Below, one piece after another: positions 59,497 to 64,000 of a stretch of 64,000 nucleotides of DNA (positions within the stretch are counted from its first letter, which is position 1; each line of letters starts with the position of its first letter). Source of the stretch: an uncultured bacterium (GTDB lineage Bacteria; Chloroflexota; UBA5177; JANWHV01); the NCBI GenBank assembly GCA_963827235.1, contig CAWHAE010000010.1, positions 960,001 to 1,024,000 of the forward strand, written 5' to 3'. The position numbers and the translations under genes are program-made. The notes under the pieces are model-generated. The model searched no databases and was not told the origin of the DNA. It saw only the letters and a program-made list of their open reading frames with translations.

Positions 59497-62400
59497 CTAC
59501 TTCACCAGGTGCACTGGCGAGCCTTTGACTGCCAGGGTCATGGTCAGGCGGTCGGACGCCAGGATGGTGCCGTTGAGGATTGGCCGTGGCACCGGCACAT
59601 ACTGCAGCTTCCAGTAACCGCCGTTGTAGCTCGTGGGGATCTTCACGTCGATGTAGAGCCAAGATCCGTCGAAGAAATAGTGTCCGTCCTCGGCGACCAT
59701 CACACCCGGGATGCCGGTCAGGCTCGAATCGACGCCGTTCTCGTTCTCCTCCCAAGAGACCGGGTAGCTGCTGATCTCAGATGCGGGATTGTCGGTGGGG
59801 TCTGTGTCCAGCAACGGCTGTTGCACTTCCGGCCAGGTCACGCCGCTGCCGGTGTAGAGCGCCGCTCCCGAGGCCATGTGGCTCATCAAGTAGGTGGCAT
59901 CGTTGTCGCTTATGGGGGTGCCCTGCGCATTGAGGCCGGAAGGATTAGCCGTGTCGCCGGTGCGGCCGGTACCCGTATCGGCCTTGGCCCACCACTGGAA
60001 GGGCTGGAACTGCCCAGTGGGGTCGACCACTGCCATCCAGGCGGAGCCGAGATGCTGGCAGTCCACGACGTCGCCGGGGCCGAACAGGCCGATCTCAAGC
60101 GTGCGGCCGGCGTACGTGCTGGGCACGTAGCCGATGGGGATGACGGCGCCAGGGTTGTTGGGCGGTGCCGGCGTAGGCGTAATGGTCGGCGTCTGTGTGA
60201 TCGTAGGCGTCGACGTGCCCGTCGGCGTGAGCGAGCTGGTGGAGGTCGGCGTGTTGGTCGTCGTTCGGGTGATGGTCGGCGTCACCGTGCTGGTACACGG
60301 TCCGGGCGAGCAGGTCGAGGCGGTGCTAGTGCGCGTGGCCGTCGCGGTACTCGTCACGGTCGCGGTATTCGTCCCGGTCGTCGTGGACGTCGGCGTCGTG
60401 GTCGGCGTCGAAGTCGCCGTATGCGTGGGCAGCGGCGTGCCCGGCGTGGTCTGTTCGTTCACATTCGGCACGTAGATGCCTGCTGAGCCATCGCCGTACA
60501 CGAGCGGCCAGTCCGAATTCTTGGGCTCCGCGGCATTCGGCAGGACTCCGCCCGGGCATTCACCGGCCGGGTTGGGCGTGGAATCATCAGGGCAGGCAAA
60601 AGCGTCGCCAGTACTCAGCTCGCCCGCCGTGCAGTACTGGGTCCTGGCCGGCGAGCTGTTGGTGGCATAGTCCGCGTTGCACCACGCGGCGCCAGGATTG
60701 GCACCGGCCTTGACGGCTGGGTCGGGGGCTTCGCCGTCGATGCTGACAGAGTTATTCTTTCCCATGTGCAGGCCGTCGGTGCGCACCGGGGTGCCGCCCG
60801 TGCTGGGCAGCAGCGGCACGTTGGTGGTCCCGTCCGAGCTTGGCGTGTAAACCGGGTAGTCGACTACCCAGCCGGCACCGCCGTTCGTCGGCACGAGCGT
60901 CGCGCTGCACAGCGGGCAGGTCTTGTCGGTCGGGAAGGCGCCGATAGCGAAATTGTTGACGTTCTGCTCGGTGTATGGCTTCAGCGAGTACCCGTAGTAA
61001 TCGGGCACCGTGCCATCGGAGGTGGTGGGATCGGTATCGCCCGTGGAGCCGGTCGTGTAGACCTGCACGTAGTAGTAGCTGGTGGGCGGTGCATCCGCGG
61101 CGGCCGCCGGGATCTCGCCCAGCCAGCGCCAGACAAAGGCATCGTTCTTGGGCTTCGCAGTACCGGTGAGCGGTCCTGTCCCATCGTATATCTCGGTCGC
61201 CGCCTTGTAGCTACCGTCGGCCACCGGAATGCCGGGCTCGGAGGGCAGGTTGGCCTCGCCGCCGCTGGCCTGCTGGCCAACCCATACCGGCGTGGCGGCA
61301 TCGGAGCCGTCGGTGGGCGGAGTCGCCGTCGCCGGCTCGTTCGGAGAGCAGGAGTTGTTGGTGACTACCGGGATGGGGGCATCGATGCCCAGCATATTGT
61401 CGCCGGTAACCACACCGCTGGTAAGCTGGGACCGCTGGCTGACTGCCTCCCGGTCGGCACCGGACTGGTAGAGGCGGAAGTGCGTGGTCCAGGGCTGCGG
61501 GTACACGTAGGCAGCGTAGTCCCCGCCGACGTAGGCCGCGGTGTTGTTGAAGAGCGAGGTCACGCGAGCGTAGCCCGGGTCGTCGGGGTACTGGTCGACG
61601 TAGTTTCCGTTCACGTCCGTGGCGGGACTCTCGGGTCCCTGACCCTGGTGCATGTTGGACTGGTCGACCGTATCGTTGCGCGGAATGTACACCGTGACGG
61701 CGCCGTTCGTGATATCCCACCCACCGCCGGCGTTTGCGTTGTACGGCATGGGCTGGAACACCTTTGGGCAGACGTTGTTGAAGAGGTATGTGTTCTCGAT
61801 CGTAGCGGCGTCACCCGGACTGTAGATCCAGACTTCCACGGGCGAGGTATTATGGTGCACCTCGACCGTGTACCAGTAGCCCAGGTTCGTGCAGTCCGGG
61901 TTGGCGTTCGCAGTGCCGGAGTCAACGCAGTTGTTGCCGTTCGCCGGGCCCACGGCCGCCTGGTTCATGAACGGCGGCACGGAGCCTCCGTTGAGCGGCG
62001 TGTTCGTCGGCTTGGGCGTCTTCGTGGGCGTCTGCGTAAAGGTATTGGTCGGCGTGAACGTATTGGTAGGCGTAAACGTGTCGGTGGGCGTGAACGTGTT
62101 GGTCGGCGTGTTCGTGCGCGTGTTGGTCGGCGTCCGCGTGTAGGTCGGCGTGTTGGTGAAGGTCGGCGTATTGGTCGGCGTCTGCGTGATCGTCGGCGTG
62201 CTGGTCTGCGTCTTGGTGCTGGTCGGCGTCCTGGTGCTCGTCGCCGTCGGCGTCTGCGTGATGGTCGGCGTGTAGGTGTTCGTAGGCGTGTTGGTGAACG
62301 TGGCCGTGTTGGTCGGCGTGCTGGTCTTGGTCGGTGTCTGCGTGATGGTCGGCGTGTTGGTGAATGTCGGCGTGTAGGTGTTCGTCGCCGTGTTGGTCGG

Positions 62401-63738
62401 CGTGTTGGTCTTGGTCGGCGTCTGCGTGATGGTCGGCGTATTGGTCTTGGTCGGCGTCTGCGTGATGGTCGGGGTCTGAGTCCTGGTCGGGGTCTGAGTT
62501 ACGGTCGGCGTCTGCGTCCTGGTCGGCGTGTTGGTGTATGTCGCCGTAGTGGTCGGCGTCTGCGTGATGGTGGGCGTCTGCGTCCTGGTCGGCGTCTGCG
62601 TGATAGTCGGCGTCTGCGTGATGGTCCCCGTAGTGCTCGGCGTCTGCGTGATGCTCGGCGTCTGCGTAATGCTCGGCGTGTTTGTCACCGTGAATGTGGC
62701 GGTCGGACAGTGCCAATGACACACATGCGGCGTTGGCGTGGGGGTAACCGTGAACGTGCTCGTATCGACCGGCGTCTGCGTGAAGGTATCGGTCGGCGTG
62801 TTCGTCGAGGTGGTCGTGCCCGTGTTCGTCTGGGTCGGCGTGTCCGTGGTCGTCGGCGTCTGCGTGATGGTCGGCGTGTCCGTCAACGACGGAGTCTCCG
62901 TGACGGTCGGCGTGCCGGTAGCGGTGCTGGTGGCAGTCGGCAGCGGGCATCGGCTGGCAGGCAATGAGTTGGCGATGTAGGTGCTCTCGAAGGGATCGCC
63001 GTATTCCTTGGCCGTGGAGCCGGCGTTGATGGAAAGCCAGTAGTTCTGCGGCTGCCAGTGGTACTGGTCCGGGGTGCCGAGGGCAGCGGTGTCGTAGCCA
63101 AGCACGTTGGTGGCGGCACCCATCTGCATGGTGGAGTCGTATTCGGAGGTGGCAGACTTGCTGATACCGATCTGGTTGTAGCCGATCACCTTCATGAAGG
63201 TGGTCGGCATCTTCCAGGACAGGGATACGCTGAGCTGGTGGTCGATCAGCTGGCCGTTCGAGGGATCGAAGACCTCGGCCACGCAGATCTCGTAGGTGGC
63301 GCCCGCCGGCCAGCTGGTGGGACAGTTGTTGCTCATGGCGTAGTCGTTGAAGGCCTGCAGGTCGGTAGCGCTGGGCTTCGGCTCGTCGGCGTTGGCGAAG
63401 CCGTTCTGCTGCAGGACGCGGAAGGCGCGGGTGATCGCGTTGTCGCACTGGTTCCGGCTGGCGTCGGCGCCGCATGCATAGGTGTTGTAGTCATTCGGCA
63501 TGAAGACCACGCCGGCCAGGGCGGCACTGTCGGCAGCGCGCTGGGTGTCCCCGGCCTGGAATTGGGCGCGAGCGACATCGGTAATCAGGGCGAGGAAGCA
63601 AAGGAGCACGACGATGAACAGAGCGAGGAGTATCACCACCTGGCCGTCCTCCGGCGCACGAACGTGATCACCGCCCCGTAGCATTCCGCTGCGGGACGGG
63701 TGGCGGGTCAAGCCGTGTCGCGTGCTCTCGTCGTTCAT
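59497..63738 (-). CDS. TadG-like pseudopilin/adhesin with long Thr/Pro repeats
   Basis: GGAGG RBS. Tad N-terminus [12 protein letters not shown]...D......[11 protein letters not shown]. Large Cys-containing extracellular region. Confidence 0.85.
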   Translation of the reverse strand: MNDESTRHGLTRHPSRSGMLRGGDHVRAPEDGQVVILLALFIVVLLCFLALITDVARAQFQAGDTQRAADSAALAGVVFMPNDYNTYACGADASRNQCDNAITRAFRVLQQNGFANADEPKPSATDLQAFNDYAMSNNCPTSWPAGATYEICVAEVFDPSNGQLIDHQLSVSLSWKMPTTFMKVIGYNQIGISKSATSEYDSTMQMGAATNVLGYDTAALGTPDQYHWQPQNYWLSINAGSTAKEYGDPFESTYIANSLPASRCPLPTATSTATGTPTVTETPSLTDTPTITQTPTTTDTPTQTNTGTTTSTNTPTDTFTQTPVDTSTFTVTPTPTPHVCHWHCPTATFTVTNTPSITQTPSITQTPSTTGTITQTPTITQTPTRTQTPTITQTPTTTATYTNTPTRTQTPTVTQTPTRTQTPTITQTPTKTNTPTITQTPTKTNTPTNTATNTYTPTFTNTPTITQTPTKTSTPTNTATFTNTPTNTYTPTITQTPTATSTRTPTSTKTQTSTPTITQTPTNTPTFTNTPTYTRTPTNTRTNTPTNTFTPTDTFTPTNTFTPTNTFTQTPTKTPKPTNTPLNGGSVPPFMNQAAVGPANGNNCVDSGTANANPDCTNLGYWYTVEVHHNTSPVEVWIYSPGDAATIENTYLFNNVCPKVFQPMPYNANAGGGWDITNGAVTVYIPRNDTVDQSNMHQGQGPESPATDVNGNYVDQYPDDPGYARVTSLFNNTAAYVGGDYAAYVYPQPWTTHFRLYQSGADREAVSQRSQLTSGVVTGDNMLGIDAPIPVVTNNSCSPNEPATATPPTDGSDAATPVWVGQQASGGEANLPSEPGIPVADGSYKAATEIYDGTGPLTGTAKPKNDAFVWRWLGEIPAAAADAPPTSYYYVQVYTTGSTGDTDPTTSDGTVPDYYGYSLKPYTEQNVNNFAIGAFPTDKTCPLCSATLVPTNGGAGWVVDYPVYTPSSDGTTNVPLLPSTGGTPVRTDGLHMGKNNSVSIDGEAPDPAVKAGANPGAAWCNADYATNSSPARTQYCTAGELSTGDAFACPDDSTPNPAGECPGGVLPNAAEPKNSDWPLVYGDGSAGIYVPNVNEQTTPGTPLPTHTATSTPTTTPTSTTTGTNTATVTSTATATRTSTASTCSPGPCTSTVTPTITRTTTNTPTSTSSLTPTGTSTPTITQTPTITPTPAPPNNPGAVIPIGYVPSTYAGRTLEIGLFGPGDVVDCQHLGSAWMAVVDPTGQFQPFQWWAKADTGTGRTGDTANPSGLNAQGTPISDNDATYLMSHMASGAALYTGSGVTWPEVQQPLLDTDPTDNPASEISSYPVSWEENENGVDSSLTGIPGVMVAEDGHYFFDGSWLYIDVKIPTSYNGGYWKLQYVPVPRPILNGTILASDRLTMTLAVKGSPVHLVK
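61995..62945 (-). repeat. Coding tandem repeat, ~18-bp unit encoding TxTPTx hexapeptides
   Basis: Dozens of degenerate units such as TQTPTI, TNTPTK and TFTPTN. On the plus strand, GGTCGGCGTCTGCGTGAT-like units. Confidence 0.95.
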
Positions 63739-63772
63739 CGGTGGGCCTCCGCGAGTGATCATGACAGAATGA

Positions 63773-64000
63773 TTAAGTGGGCGGACTCATCATGAAAGCG
63801 GCCTGGTCGGTCATGCGCAGCATGTGGCTGTTTCCCAGAAATACGTTTGCCAGGACCTGGAAGAGCGGCGTATGGAACTGATAGTCGTAGGTGACCTGCA
63901 CGCCGAAGCTATCCGGCCAGGGCGTGTCGCTGGTTGGGCTGCCTCCGGAGAGCGTCACCAGCTTGTCCGAGATGTTGTTTCGCCAGCGCGGCGGCCAGTT
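63773..64000 (-). CDS. TadE-like protein, C-terminal part (5'-partial)
   Basis: [14 protein letters not shown] motif typical of TadE C-termini. Directly upstream of the TadG-like gene. Confidence 0.65.
   Translation of the reverse strand, partial: NWPPRWRNNISDKLVTLSGGSPTSDTPWPDSFGVQVTYDYQFHTPLFQVLANVFLGNSHMLRMTDQAAFMMSPPT

Noticed and set aside
61995-62945. Tandem repeats as a possible CRISPR array
   Set aside because: The units are degenerate 18-bp coding repeats with no unique spacers, and there are no cas genes.
60766-63475. Long Arg/His/Asp-rich ORFs (60766-62967 +, 61922-63475 -)
   Set aside because: Shadow frames of the Thr/Pro repeat in the TadG-like gene.

Overview
A high-GC bacterial chromosomal window. 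Chloroflexota-like is an inference from Thr/Pro-rich secreted proteins, Tad genes, a DUF929-VKOR pair and a chromosomal RusA-like gene. Several frameshifts look like long-read indels. The left half (1 to ~33.1 kb) is an accessory region ending at a tyrosine-integrase remnant beside tRNA-Arg(CCG). It holds ArsB/USP/CDF genes and a candidate peptide-signalling module: a STAND-TPR-BTAD regulator divergent from a small secreted peptide, an NHLP-clan-like small protein and an HD-GYP gene. It also holds a ROK-regulated sugar ABC/esterase/GH78 locus, a 7TM-PAS-GGDEF gene, MMPL/TetR, several gene remnants, and two paralogous cytoplasmic histidine kinases with N-terminal Xis/BldC-like HTH domains flanking an MCP that has no sensor domain. 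The right half is more core-like: SRPBCC-HD-GYP, hutU, tRNA-fMet, smc with a divergent HisD paralog, sbcD-deaminase-sbcC, RibD_C, SDR, DUF929-VKOR, pdhABC, a candidate ~270-nt structured RNA before a RusA-like gene, hutI, and the end of a Tad cluster with a giant Thr/Pro-repeat TadG-like protein. The best novelty candidates are the peptide/NHLP/HD-GYP/STAND module, the HTH-fused kinases, the structured RNA, the deaminase inside sbcDC and the HisD paralog. All family calls are by motif recognition; no searches were run.
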